DNA of 64,000 nt from a bacterium HR15. Lineage in GTDB: Bacteria; Armatimonadota; Fimbriimonadia; Fimbriimonadales; GBS-DC. The position numbers and the translations under genes were made by a program. The stretch covers positions 1,416 to 65,415 of the forward strand of contig BEHR01000014.1 of assembly GCA_002898555.1 (NCBI GenBank), read 5' to 3'. The notes under the pieces are model-generated. The model did no database searches. It worked only from the letters and a program-made list of their open reading frames with translations, and was not told where the DNA came from. Shown piece after piece: positions 35,888 to 44,574 of the stretch (position 1 is the stretch's first letter; the number at the start of each line of letters is the position of its first letter).

Positions 35888-36766
35888 CTATGCGAATCGC
35901 ACTTGCAGGCGGTTGCGCAGGTAGATGGCAAGCGCATTCATCGTGAGCAGGAGTGCCAGTAGCACGATAATGGCGGCTGCTGCGTTCTGATGGAAGCCGG
36001 GCTGCGGGCGTGAAATCCAGTCGTAAATCTGTACGGGCAGCACGGTGAATGGCGAGAAGACGCTGGTCGGCAGGGAGGCGATATAGGCAAACGCGCCCAC
36101 CACTAATAGCGGCGCGGTCTCGCCCACCACGCGAGACATCGAAAGGATCACACCCGTGAGAATGGTGGGCATCGCGACAGGCAGCACGGCATGGCGCACG
36201 GTTTGCCACTGCGTTGCGCCCAGTGCAAGGGAGCCTTCGCGCAGGCTACGCGGAACCGCGCGCAGACCCTCACGCGCCGCGGTGATAATCACGGGCAAAG
36301 CCAGCAACGCCATCGTGCATGCGCCCGCCAGCAGGCTGCGTTCCATCATCAGCGTGCGCACAAACACCTGCAGCCCCAGCAAGCCGTAAATCACGGACGG
36401 CACACCTGCCAGATTGGTGATATTAATTTCGATCAGGCGTGTCCACCAGTTGCGTCGGGCGAACTCCTCCAGATAAATCGCCGCACCAACCCCAATCGGC
36501 ACGGACATCGCTGCGGTCAGCAACATCAGGTAGAAACTGCCGACCAGCGCGGCTTTGATGCCCGCATTCTCCGCGCGGCGTGAAGCGTACTCGGTCAAAA
36601 AGCTAACGCCCAGTCGTGCATAGCCGTCCAACAGGATTTTGATCAGCAGCACGGTGAGCATCGTCATGGCGAACAGCACCATCGCGGCGCCGATCATCTG
36701 GAACATCACTTCGCGCCGATGTTCACGCGCTCGCCAGCGTTTGGCATCTGCAACGGCAATGCTCAT
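35888..36766 (-). CDS. pstA: Phosphate ABC transporter permease PstA
   Basis: Six-TM permease; EAA-loop region [31 protein letters not shown]. Overlaps pstC stop by 4 nt. Confidence 0.9.
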   Translation of the reverse strand: MSIAVADAKRWRAREHRREVMFQMIGAAMVLFAMTMLTVLLIKILLDGYARLGVSFLTEYASRRAENAGIKAALVGSFYLMLLTAAMSVPIGVGAAIYLEEFARRNWWTRLIEINITNLAGVPSVIYGLLGLQVFVRTLMMERSLLAGACTMALLALPVIITAAREGLRAVPRSLREGSLALGATQWQTVRHAVLPVAMPTILTGVILSMSRVVGETAPLLVVGAFAYIASLPTSVFSPFTVLPVQIYDWISRPQPGFHQNAAAAIIVLLALLLTMNALAIYLRNRLQVRFA

Positions 36767-37740
36767 AGCTTCGCCTCCTTATAACGCGCCCGAAACGCCT
36801 CGCTGATTAGGTTCAGCCCTAAGGTGATGACGAAGAGCAGCAGCCCGACGGCAAAAATGGTGCTGTATTCCAGCGTGCCGTGCGGCACATCGCCCATCGC
36901 AATCTGCACGATGTAAGTGGTCATCGTTTCGACGGCACGCAGCGGGTTGACAGTGAAGTTCGGCTGTTGCCCTGCCGCGATGGCAACAATCATCGTCTCG
37001 CCCACCGCGCGAGAGATACCCAGCAGGAACGAGGCGGAGATACCCGACATCGCAGCGGGCACAACCACGCCCCACGCGGTCTGCAATCGGGTTGCGCCCA
37101 GCGCAAGCGAGGCATAGCGTAAACTGTTCGGCACCGCATAGAGCGCGTCCTCACTGAGTGAAGCCACTGTGGGCAAAATCATAAGCCCCATCACCAGCCC
37201 TGCCGAGAGCGCATTAAAGCCCTCCAGTCCTGGAATGAACCGCTGCAGCAGAGGCGTTACGAAGGTGAGCGCGAAGTAGCCATACACCACGGTCGGAATG
37301 CCCGCCAACACCTCCAGTATCGGTTTGACCGTCCGGCGCACGCGAGGCGAAGCATACTCACTGAGATAGACCGCCACAATCAACCCTACCGGGGCGGCGA
37401 CCGCCATCGCAATCAGCGTGGTCAGCAGGGTGCCCATCACCAGCGGCAGCACCCCAAACGCCTGCGGACGAAACAGCGGCGCCCACTGCGTGCCCGTGAG
37501 AAACTCCACCAGCGAAACGCGCTTGAAGAAGCCCAGACTCTCACTAACCAGAATAAACACAATCGCAAAGGTGGTCGCGATTCCAAGCAAGGCGCAAAGA
37601 AAGAGGAAAGTGCGCATGATATGCTCCTCGATGCGCACCCGCCGCCGGACACGCGGGGATACCTGCACCACCGCCTGTTTCATACCTGCGGTCCTGCTAT
37701 GCTGGGATGGGGATGGCTGAAGCGAGGTTCTATTCGCCAT
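36763..37740 (-). CDS. pstC: Phosphate ABC transporter permease PstC
   Basis: [28 protein letters not shown], multi-TM, sits between pstS and pstA. Confidence 0.9.
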   Translation of the reverse strand: MANRTSLQPSPSQHSRTAGMKQAVVQVSPRVRRRVRIEEHIMRTFLFLCALLGIATTFAIVFILVSESLGFFKRVSLVEFLTGTQWAPLFRPQAFGVLPLVMGTLLTTLIAMAVAAPVGLIVAVYLSEYASPRVRRTVKPILEVLAGIPTVVYGYFALTFVTPLLQRFIPGLEGFNALSAGLVMGLMILPTVASLSEDALYAVPNSLRYASLALGATRLQTAWGVVVPAAMSGISASFLLGISRAVGETMIVAIAAGQQPNFTVNPLRAVETMTTYIVQIAMGDVPHGTLEYSTIFAVGLLLFVITLGLNLISEAFRARYKEAKL

Positions 37741-38785
37741 GCTCGCCAGATTCCTCGATTTTGTAGAGATCTTCCAGCTTCACGCCCACCTGCGAACCGT
37801 GCGCCCCAAACACCGAGCCTGTGATGCGCTTCTCTAATCGCTGTTTCGCCAGCGCATACACTTGCTGGGGCAACGGCACATAGCCTACTTCCTTCGCCAA
37901 CTGCGCCGCATGCTCAATATAGAACTCCACGAACGCACGCACCTGCGGCTTCTCCAGCGATTTCACATTCACATAGATAAAGAGGGGGCGTGAAAGCGGT
38001 TGATAGCTCCCGTTACTGACCGTCTCTTCGCTGGGCAAAATGGGCCCGTTGCCGTTGTTCGGGTTTTCATCGTCGATGGCAACCGCTTTGAGTTTGTCTC
38101 TATTTTGTATGTAGTACGCCAGTCCGAAATAGCCCAGCGCGTTCTCGTTGTTCGCCACACCCTGCACCAGAATATTGTCGTCCTCGCTGGAGCTGTAATC
38201 GCTGCGACTGCTATGCTCCTCACCGACAATCGCGGCGGTGAAATAGTCGAAAGTGCCTGAGTCGACGCCTGGACCGAACAGCACCAGTGGGCGATTAGGA
38301 AAGCCGGAGCGCACCTGCGACCAATTTTTAATCTTGCCTGTCGCCGCAGGCTCCCAGATTTTTTTGAGTTCGCGCACGGTGAGATGGTCGCACCATGTGT
38401 TTTTGGGGTTCACCACGACGGCAAGCGCGTCATAGGCGACGGGGATTTCGATATACTCGATGCCGTTTTTGCGGCACGCCTCATCTTCAACAGCGCGAAC
38501 AGGGCGTGACGCGCCCGTGATGTCAACTTCGCCGTTGGCAAACTTTTTGAAACCGCCCCCCGTGCCCGACTTGCCCACTACGGGGTTTGTTTCGGGGTAT
38601 TCGCGTTTGAACTCCTCTGCCACCGCCTCCGATATGGGCAACACAGTGCTGGAGCCGTCCACCACAATCTTTCCACTAAGGCTCGAGGTGCCCGCGGAGC
38701 TGCCGGTGCCCCCTGAAGGGCGACCGCAACTCGCCACCAGTCCCATCAGCCCCATCCAACCCAGTAAAATCGTCCATTTTTTCAT
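37730..38785 (-). CDS. pstS: Phosphate-binding lipoprotein PstS
   Basis: Lipobox GLVASCG; [20 protein letters not shown]; periplasmic-binding-protein size; first gene of the pst block. Confidence 0.9.
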   Translation of the reverse strand: MKKWTILLGWMGLMGLVASCGRPSGGTGSSAGTSSLSGKIVVDGSSTVLPISEAVAEEFKREYPETNPVVGKSGTGGGFKKFANGEVDITGASRPVRAVEDEACRKNGIEYIEIPVAYDALAVVVNPKNTWCDHLTVRELKKIWEPAATGKIKNWSQVRSGFPNRPLVLFGPGVDSGTFDYFTAAIVGEEHSSRSDYSSSEDDNILVQGVANNENALGYFGLAYYIQNRDKLKAVAIDDENPNNGNGPILPSEETVSNGSYQPLSRPLFIYVNVKSLEKPQVRAFVEFYIEHAAQLAKEVGYVPLPQQVYALAKQRLEKRITGSVFGAHGSQVGVKLEDLYKIEESGEHGE

Positions 38786-38810
38786 GGCATACCCATGATG
38801 GCATCCGCTC

Positions 38811-38839
38811 TGTTAAGAAGGGGTTAACGGTTCTGACAA
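38811..38839 (-). promoter_or_regulatory. Candidate Pho box: three direct repeats TTGTCA-N6-TTAACC-N5-TTAACA upstream of pstS
   Basis: Minus-strand hexamers at 38839-38834, 38827-38822 and 38816-38811 (12- and 11-nt periodicity), 26-54 nt upstream of pstS ATG 38785. PhoB/PhoP-type boxes are 11-bp-periodic direct repeats. Confidence 0.4.
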
Positions 38840-38894
38840 GTGGTTATGAGGGTGTTCGAAAAATTGCGTGGGCACCCTACACCCTCGAGCCCCC

Positions 38895-38924
38895 TTGACT
38901 TTTTTGTCCTGAAGTAGGTATTCT
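38895..38924 (+). promoter_or_regulatory. Promoter for the Moco operon: TTGACT -18 nt- TATTCT
   Basis: -35 TTGACT 38895-38900, -10 (gg)TATTCT 38919-38924. Implies a ~296-nt leader before moaA ATG 39227. Confidence 0.5.
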
Positions 38925-38989
38925 ACCTATTAGTCCGATATGGTCTAACAGGTGGACTAAGAGGCGCCATGAGCCGAGAGATGGGTTGC

Positions 38990-39200
38990 AGGAGCTTTCT
39001 GAAGCTGTCCCTGGGCGGTGCTGGGATGTTTTTGACTGTCTCCAGCAGGAAGATGTTTGGCAAGAGGTCTACTTTTTTGACCCCGTAGATGTGGGGAACC
39101 AGCTGAAGTTTTACCTAAATCGGGATAGAGAGGCAGTCTGCAGGGAGCTACGGAGCCCCCAGGGCGTCCTATCAAAGAGGATTCGGTAGGAGGCGCAGAG
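38990..39200 (+). ncRNA. Candidate cis-regulatory leader, possibly a Moco (moaA-motif) riboswitch
   Basis: Long leader before moaA. A 7-bp long-range helix pairs CCCTGGG (39009-39015) with CCCAGGG (39158-39164), followed by GCGTCCTATCAAAGAGG. This resembles what I recall of the E. coli moaA element (CCAGGGCG...GCCUCCC...GGAAAGG). Not verified by a covariance model. Confidence 0.3.
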
Positions 39201-39226
39201 AATGAAGTAGAACAGGAGACCAGGCG

Positions 39227-40225
39227 ATGCCGTTGCGTGACCGGTTCGGACGAGTGATAGAGTACCTGCGAGTTTCGGTGACGGAGCGCTGCAATATGCG
39301 CTGCGTCTATTGTGTTTCACCTGACCAACGCATCTATGAACCGCATGGGGAACAACTCTCCTTTGAGGAGATAGCCACCGTGGTACGGACACTTGCCCCG
39401 CACGGCTTGCGTCGTGTGCGTATCACGGGAGGTGAGCCTTTGGTACGCCCGCACATTCCCGAACTGGTTGGCATGTTAGCACAGATCCCCGGCATAACGG
39501 ACCTCTCCCTCAGCACAAACGGCATCTTATTGCCGCGCTATGCCGATGCGCTGAAACGCAACGGGCTGAAACGAGTGAACATTTCGCTGGATACGCTCCA
39601 GCCCCTTAAGTTTCGCCAGATTTCGCCCGCCGGACGCTGGGAAGATGTCTGGGCAGGGATTGAGGCTGCGCTTGCGGTGGGGCTGTCGCCTGTCAAGCTC
39701 AATTGCGTGTTGATGAAGGGCATTAATGACGATGAAATCCTGGACCTTGCGCGGTTGACCTTGAATCAGCCCTTGCATGTGCGCTTCATTGAACTGATGC
39801 CGATTGGTAATCTGGCGTTTTATCGGCAGGGACATATGTTGCCGATTAGCGAGGCAAAGGCGCGCTGCGCTCAGTTAGGCGAGTTGATTCCGGTAGTTCA
39901 GGGTGAAGCAGTTGGGGGCGGACCTGCGGAAGTGTTTCGGTTGCCCGGTGCCCAGGGAACGCTTGGTTTTATTGGCGCATGCACCGCAAACTTCTGCCAT
40001 CGGTGCAACCGCATGCGGCTCAGTGCCGACGGCTATCTCTACCCCTGCTTGGGGCATGGCGTGCGCGTCGATCTGAAACCCGCCCTGCAGCTTCCACAGG
40101 GTCAGCGTGAAGAGGCGATTCTATCAGCAGTAGAGCGCGCTCTGCATCGTAAACCGGTAGGGCATCAGTTCGTCGCCCTTTTACCTCATCCAATCTTCCG
40201 TACAATGCGGGCAATCGGGGGCTAA
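39227..40225 (+). CDS. moaA: GTP 3',8-cyclase (radical SAM)
   Basis: CNMRCVYC radical-SAM cluster motif, C-terminal CxxCxRxR (CHRCNRMRLSADG), 332 aa. Confidence 0.95.
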   Translation: MPLRDRFGRVIEYLRVSVTERCNMRCVYCVSPDQRIYEPHGEQLSFEEIATVVRTLAPHGLRRVRITGGEPLVRPHIPELVGMLAQIPGITDLSLSTNGILLPRYADALKRNGLKRVNISLDTLQPLKFRQISPAGRWEDVWAGIEAALAVGLSPVKLNCVLMKGINDDEILDLARLTLNQPLHVRFIELMPIGNLAFYRQGHMLPISEAKARCAQLGELIPVVQGEAVGGGPAEVFRLPGAQGTLGFIGACTANFCHRCNRMRLSADGYLYPCLGHGVRVDLKPALQLPQGQREEAILSAVERALHRKPVGHQFVALLPHPIFRTMRAIGG

Positions 40226-40226
40226 G

Positions 40227-41192
40227 ATGCGCATGATCGATATTGGTGAGAAGGCGGCAACGCTGCGCGAGGCAGAAGCTGAGGCGATCCTGCGCGGTGA
40301 CCCGCAGGTGCTGCATGCGCTCTGGACAGGCAAACTGCCTAAAGGCGAGGCACGCGCTGCTGCCCAGGTGGCGGGTATGCTTGCTGCCAAGCGCACTCCC
40401 GAACTGTTGCCCATGTGCCATCCAATACGCATCGACAATATCGAGGTGAACTTGAGCTTGGAAGGTGATCAGCTCGTTATTCGTGCCCGGGCACGCACAC
40501 ATGACCGCACAGGCGTCGAGATGGAGGCGTTGACTGCGGCGAGCATTGCTGCGCTCACCTTGTACGACTGGGCGAAAGCGCACGATCCATCGATGGAGTT
40601 CACGGTGCGCCTGATCCGAAAATCGGGCGGCAAGTCGGGCGCGTGGGAACGGATGCCAAGCCTCCAAGAGCCGCTATCACACCCCTTGAAAGGGGTCCGC
40701 GCTGCCGTGCTGACAATTAGCGATCGTGCCAGTCAGGGCATCTATTCGGATGAGAGCGGTCCACTGATCCAGCAGTGGCTACAGCAGCAGGGCGCGGAAC
40801 TGGTCGCTTATGCGCTTGTGCCCGACGAGAGAGACCAGATTAGCGCGGAGCTAATCCGCCTGACCGACACTTTCCTGCCCGACCTGCTTTTGACAACAGG
40901 CGGCACAGGGCTGGCTCCCCGCGATGACACGCCTGAGGCGACCCGTGCCGTGCTCGAGCGCGAGATGCCCAGCATTGCCGAGTGGCTGCGTTTGCGGACC
41001 AGCATCTCCACACCCCTTGCTTATCTCTCACGCGCGACAGCGGGCGTTCGTGGGCGTACTTTAATCATTAACTTGCCGGGCAGTCCACGCGCCGTTTGGG
41101 AGCATTTGGAAGCACTCTTGCCGCTACTGCCTCATGCGCTGGAGATGGTGCGGGGGGCAACGCATGCGCAAGGAGGCTGCTCCAATGGCTGA
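40227..41192 (+). CDS. moaC: Fusion of cyclic pyranopterin monophosphate synthase MoaC with a MoaB/MogA-type molybdopterin-binding domain
   Basis: N-terminal half MCHPIRIDNIEV, TGVEMEALTAASIAALTLYD. C-terminal half AAVLTISDRASQG..., LLLTTGGTGLAPRDDTPEA. Confidence 0.85.
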   Translation: MRMIDIGEKAATLREAEAEAILRGDPQVLHALWTGKLPKGEARAAAQVAGMLAAKRTPELLPMCHPIRIDNIEVNLSLEGDQLVIRARARTHDRTGVEMEALTAASIAALTLYDWAKAHDPSMEFTVRLIRKSGGKSGAWERMPSLQEPLSHPLKGVRAAVLTISDRASQGIYSDESGPLIQQWLQQQGAELVAYALVPDERDQISAELIRLTDTFLPDLLLTTGGTGLAPRDDTPEATRAVLEREMPSIAEWLRLRTSISTPLAYLSRATAGVRGRTLIINLPGSPRAVWEHLEALLPLLPHALEMVRGATHAQGGCSNG

Positions 41193-41934
41193 GAGTCTGC
41201 TTCCCGTCGGCTTCTTTATTGTGGCGGCGCTCTACGCTTCGGTAGGGCATGGTGGCGCGACAGGCTATCTCGCCCTTCTGGCACTGCTTATGCCCACTCT
41301 GCCCACGCATGAAGCGTCCACCACGGCTCTGATGCTCAACACGATTGTTTCGGGATTGGCGTTGGTGCAGTTCGAAAGGGCAGGGCACTTCCCTACACGG
41401 TTAGCTCTCCCGTTCCTGGTCGCCTCGATCCCGGCGGCATTTCTGGGGGGCATGTTGCAGGTGTCGCGATGGCTGTTTAATCTTTTACTCCTGATTGGGT
41501 TATTGATGGCGGTTGTACGCCTGCTGTTACTTCATACCAACCGCTTGGATGACCTCACCTGCCTCAAGCCTCCCTCGGTTGGAATGGCGCTGGGTGTGGG
41601 CGGTTTAATTGGTCTGATATCGGGTATCGTGGGCATTGGTGGTGGCATCTTCTTGAGTCCGTTGCTTATTCTATTGCGCTGGGCGACACCGCGTGACACG
41701 GCAGGAGTTGCCGCCTCATTTGTGTTGTGCAATTCGTTGGCGGGGTTGCTGGCGCGAGGGATGGTGGGCACGCTGGTCGTCGGCTCGCTCGGGCTGCCGA
41801 TGGTCGCGGCGATGATGGGTGGATATCTCGGCTCCTATATGGGAGCGCGCTATCTGATGCCCATCACCCTGAATCGTCTGTTGGCGGTCGTGCTGACCGT
41901 TGCTTGTGGCAAACTTGCCCTCATGCTCATCTGA
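41185..41934 (+). CDS. TSUP (TauE/SafE) family anion exporter-like membrane protein
   Basis: AGGAGG 8 nt before ATG 41185. 8-TM-like hydrophobic protein with GxGGG repeats (GIVGIGGGIFLSPLL). Confidence 0.75.
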   Translation: MAESLLPVGFFIVAALYASVGHGGATGYLALLALLMPTLPTHEASTTALMLNTIVSGLALVQFERAGHFPTRLALPFLVASIPAAFLGGMLQVSRWLFNLLLLIGLLMAVVRLLLLHTNRLDDLTCLKPPSVGMALGVGGLIGLISGIVGIGGGIFLSPLLILLRWATPRDTAGVAASFVLCNSLAGLLARGMVGTLVVGSLGLPMVAAMMGGYLGSYMGARYLMPITLNRLLAVVLTVACGKLALMLI

Positions 41935-41986
41935 GTTTCGGCTCACCCTCCGATGGGGGTGCTAATTGGGTGGTTTGGAGGCAACG

Positions 41987-43216
41987 ATGATAAGCATAGA
42001 GGAAGCGTTGACGAAGGTACTAAATGGGGTGGCTCCTTTAGGTGTGGAGTCGATAGACCTAATGGAATGTACAGGGCGCGTGCTTGCTGAACCGCTCTAC
42101 GCACCCCACGACCTGCCGCCGTTCGACAACGCTGCGATGGACGGCTATGCGCTGCGAGTGGAGGACACACGGCAGGCAACGCCAGACACGCCCGTTTCCC
42201 TTCGCATTGTGGGCGAAGCAGCTGCGGGCAGAGGTTATGGAGCACCCCTGCAACCAGGTGAGGCGGTGCTCATCAACACAGGTGCCCCTGTCCCTGCTCA
42301 TGCCGCCGCCGTTCTGCCCCTTGAACAAGCGCAGGTTCACGACCAATGGCTCATTATCAGCGAACCAGTAAAGCCAGCAGACCATATCCGCCGGAAGGGG
42401 CTGGATGTGCAGGCAGGGATGAAACTGCTCGAAGCGGGCACGCGCCTCCAACAGCCACATATCGGGCTGCTTGCTGCGCTGGGGCTGACCCCGTTGAAAG
42501 TCTATCGACGCCCGCGCGTGGCAATTATCACCACCGGCAACGAACTGCTCCCCTACGATGCACCGCTCCGTCCCGACTCTATTCGGGATTCGAACAGTGT
42601 GATGGTGCTTCAGTGGTTGCGGGCATGGGGGATTCCATGCCCCTTCAGAAGCATGGCACCCGATGAGTTGCCCGCTTTGACAGAGCGAATAGAACAGGCG
42701 TTGAGCGAGGCGGAAGTCGTGCTGCTAACAGGGGGTGTCTCTGTTGGAAGGCACGATTTGGTTCAAGCCGCCCTGCAACAGATAGGTGCAGAAGTAGTGT
42801 TCTGGCGCGTGAATATAAAGCCTGGCAAGCCCCTGCTTTTCGCGCGACACGGCAACCAAGCGATTTTCGGATTGCCTGGCAATCCGCTTGCGGTGGTGGT
42901 GGGATTGTATCTGTTTGTACGATCTTACCTCGCTGCGCAGGAGGGCGAAACGGTTGAGCGGAGCTGTTTCCTCCGCGCTCGCCTGAATACGCCAATTCAC
43001 AAAAAAGAGTCGCGTGCCGAATTCCTTACTGCATATCTCCGCGCGGAACCCGACGGTACTTTGAGCATCACGCCAACACCGGCGCAAGGCTCCTCACTCC
43101 TCGGTGCCCTGGCACAAGCGAACGCCTTTCTCTATCTGCCCGCTGGGGAGAGCGACTATCCAGCGGGTACCCTGGTGAGGGCGTTACCTATTGCCCCAAT
43201 GGAGGGATACCGATGA
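41987..43216 (+). CDS. moeA: Molybdopterin molybdenumtransferase
   Basis: GGAGG 5 nt before ATG 41987. MISIEEAL..., PPFDNAAMDGYAL, TTGGVSVGRHD, GLPGNPLA. Confidence 0.9.
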   Translation: MISIEEALTKVLNGVAPLGVESIDLMECTGRVLAEPLYAPHDLPPFDNAAMDGYALRVEDTRQATPDTPVSLRIVGEAAAGRGYGAPLQPGEAVLINTGAPVPAHAAAVLPLEQAQVHDQWLIISEPVKPADHIRRKGLDVQAGMKLLEAGTRLQQPHIGLLAALGLTPLKVYRRPRVAIITTGNELLPYDAPLRPDSIRDSNSVMVLQWLRAWGIPCPFRSMAPDELPALTERIEQALSEAEVVLLTGGVSVGRHDLVQAALQQIGAEVVFWRVNIKPGKPLLFARHGNQAIFGLPGNPLAVVVGLYLFVRSYLAAQEGETVERSCFLRARLNTPIHKKESRAEFLTAYLRAEPDGTLSITPTPAQGSSLLGALAQANAFLYLPAGESDYPAGTLVRALPIAPMEGYR

Positions 43217-43458
43217 CCGTGTGTGTGCTGATATTCGCCCATCTCAAATCGGTACTGGGCGCGGACGCGCTGACACTGAGCCAGCCCGAAGGGGCGACTG
43301 TGCGCGACCTGCTGCACCAATTGCAAGAGGTGTACCCAGCGTTGACCCCCTGGCTGGAATCGACGCGCGTCGCAGTGAACCGCGAATATGCCACGCTGGA
43401 CACGCTCCTCCACCACGGTGACGAAGTGGCATTGATACCCCCAGTAAGCGGAGGCTGA
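43213..43458 (+). CDS. moaD: Molybdopterin synthase sulfur carrier subunit
   Basis: 81 aa, ubiquitin-like, ends in ...ALIPPVSGG. 4-nt overlap with moeA. Confidence 0.8.
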   Translation: MTVCVLIFAHLKSVLGADALTLSQPEGATVRDLLHQLQEVYPALTPWLESTRVAVNREYATLDTLLHHGDEVALIPPVSGG

Positions 43459-43462
43459 TCCC

Positions 43463-43840
43463 ATGAGCTATCTGACCCGTGAGCCGCTATCGCCCAAAGA
43501 GTGGCATCGCGAAGCCGTCAGTGAGCATTCGGGTGCGTCGGTGGAGTTCCTTGGCATTGTGCGTCGGATGGAAGGGGGACAGCCCATTGAATATCTGGAG
43601 TATGAAGCCTACGAACCGATGGCGGAACAGATGTTGGAGCGATACATTCAGCAGGCACAAGAGCAGTTTGGGCTGAGCAAAGTCTACTTCCGCCATCGGC
43701 TGGGCAAGATTCGGGTGGGGGAGATTGCTGTGATTATTGGCGTGCACGCACCGCACCGTGCGGAAGCCTTCGCAGGCTGCCAGTTCCTCCTGGAAGCGCT
43801 CAAGCGTGATGTGCCCATCTGGAAGGTGAGGGCCGGATGA
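43463..43840 (+). CDS. moaE: Molybdopterin synthase catalytic subunit
   Basis: 125 aa; GASVEFLGIVR, LEYEAYEPMAE, VGEIAVIIGVHAPHR, PIWK. Confidence 0.85.
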   Translation: MSYLTREPLSPKEWHREAVSEHSGASVEFLGIVRRMEGGQPIEYLEYEAYEPMAEQMLERYIQQAQEQFGLSKVYFRHRLGKIRVGEIAVIIGVHAPHRAEAFAGCQFLLEALKRDVPIWKVRAG

Positions 43841-44574
43841 ACTTGACAGGAGCCGTGCTGGCAGGGGGACGTTCACAACGGTTTGGTCAACCGAAGGCAA
43901 CCTTTAAACTGAGGGGTAAGCCGTTGCTGCTGTACACACTGGACGCCTTGCAGCCCATCTGCACGGAACGAGTGGTAGTAGCTAAACCCGATACCCCTTT
44001 GCCATCCCTGCCCCCCACGGTGCGCCTGCTATACGATGAGTTTGAGACCCAGCATCCGCTAAGCGGGATTCTCACCGTGCTGCACCATGCAAACTGTGAA
44101 TGGGTTTTCATCTGTGCAGTGGATATGCCGTTCCTGAATCCTGCCTTGCTTCAATGGATGGCGACTCTCTCCGTCGGGCCCATGCAAGAATATGATGTGA
44201 TTGTGCCCGAATCGGAAGGGCGTCTGCAACCGCTGCATGCCTTCTATTGGCGTAAGTCCCTTGAGAAGTTGCGTGCCATTGTGTCCGACTGGAGGATGGT
44301 TCTCCCAGCGAGCCGAATGCCTTCATCCCCCGCCCCTCCCTTCGAGAGCGAGGGGCGTATAGAAGCAAACCCGTATGTCTGCCCCAAAAAACACCCTCCG
44401 CAGGCAGCACCGCCTTCAGCGAGCCGAGAGGACACGCTTGCAACGGAATGGCTTCCTTCCTTACAGGCGATTCTGCGCCATCCGTCCCTCCGAGTGCGGG
44501 TGCTAACGCCCGACGAATGGCGCATTTATGACCCTGAGGGGCGTAGCTTTGCCAATCTGAACATGCCGCCTTAA
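43837..44574 (+). CDS. mobA: Molybdenum cofactor guanylyltransferase with extended C-terminal region
   Basis: GAVLAGGRSQRFGQPKA N-terminal motif, CAVDMPFL. 245 aa, longer than the ~200 aa I expect for MobA. Confidence 0.75.
   Translation: MNLTGAVLAGGRSQRFGQPKATFKLRGKPLLLYTLDALQPICTERVVVAKPDTPLPSLPPTVRLLYDEFETQHPLSGILTVLHHANCEWVFICAVDMPFLNPALLQWMATLSVGPMQEYDVIVPESEGRLQPLHAFYWRKSLEKLRAIVSDWRMVLPASRMPSSPAPPFESEGRIEANPYVCPKKHPPQAAPPSASREDTLATEWLPSLQAILRHPSLRVRVLTPDEWRIYDPEGRSFANLNMPP

Noticed and set aside
38957-39189. Small ORFs (72 aa minus strand, 67 aa plus strand) in the pstS-moaA spacer.
   Set aside because: They have no SD or promoter context and no motifs. The region is better explained as the long moaA leader / candidate riboswitch.
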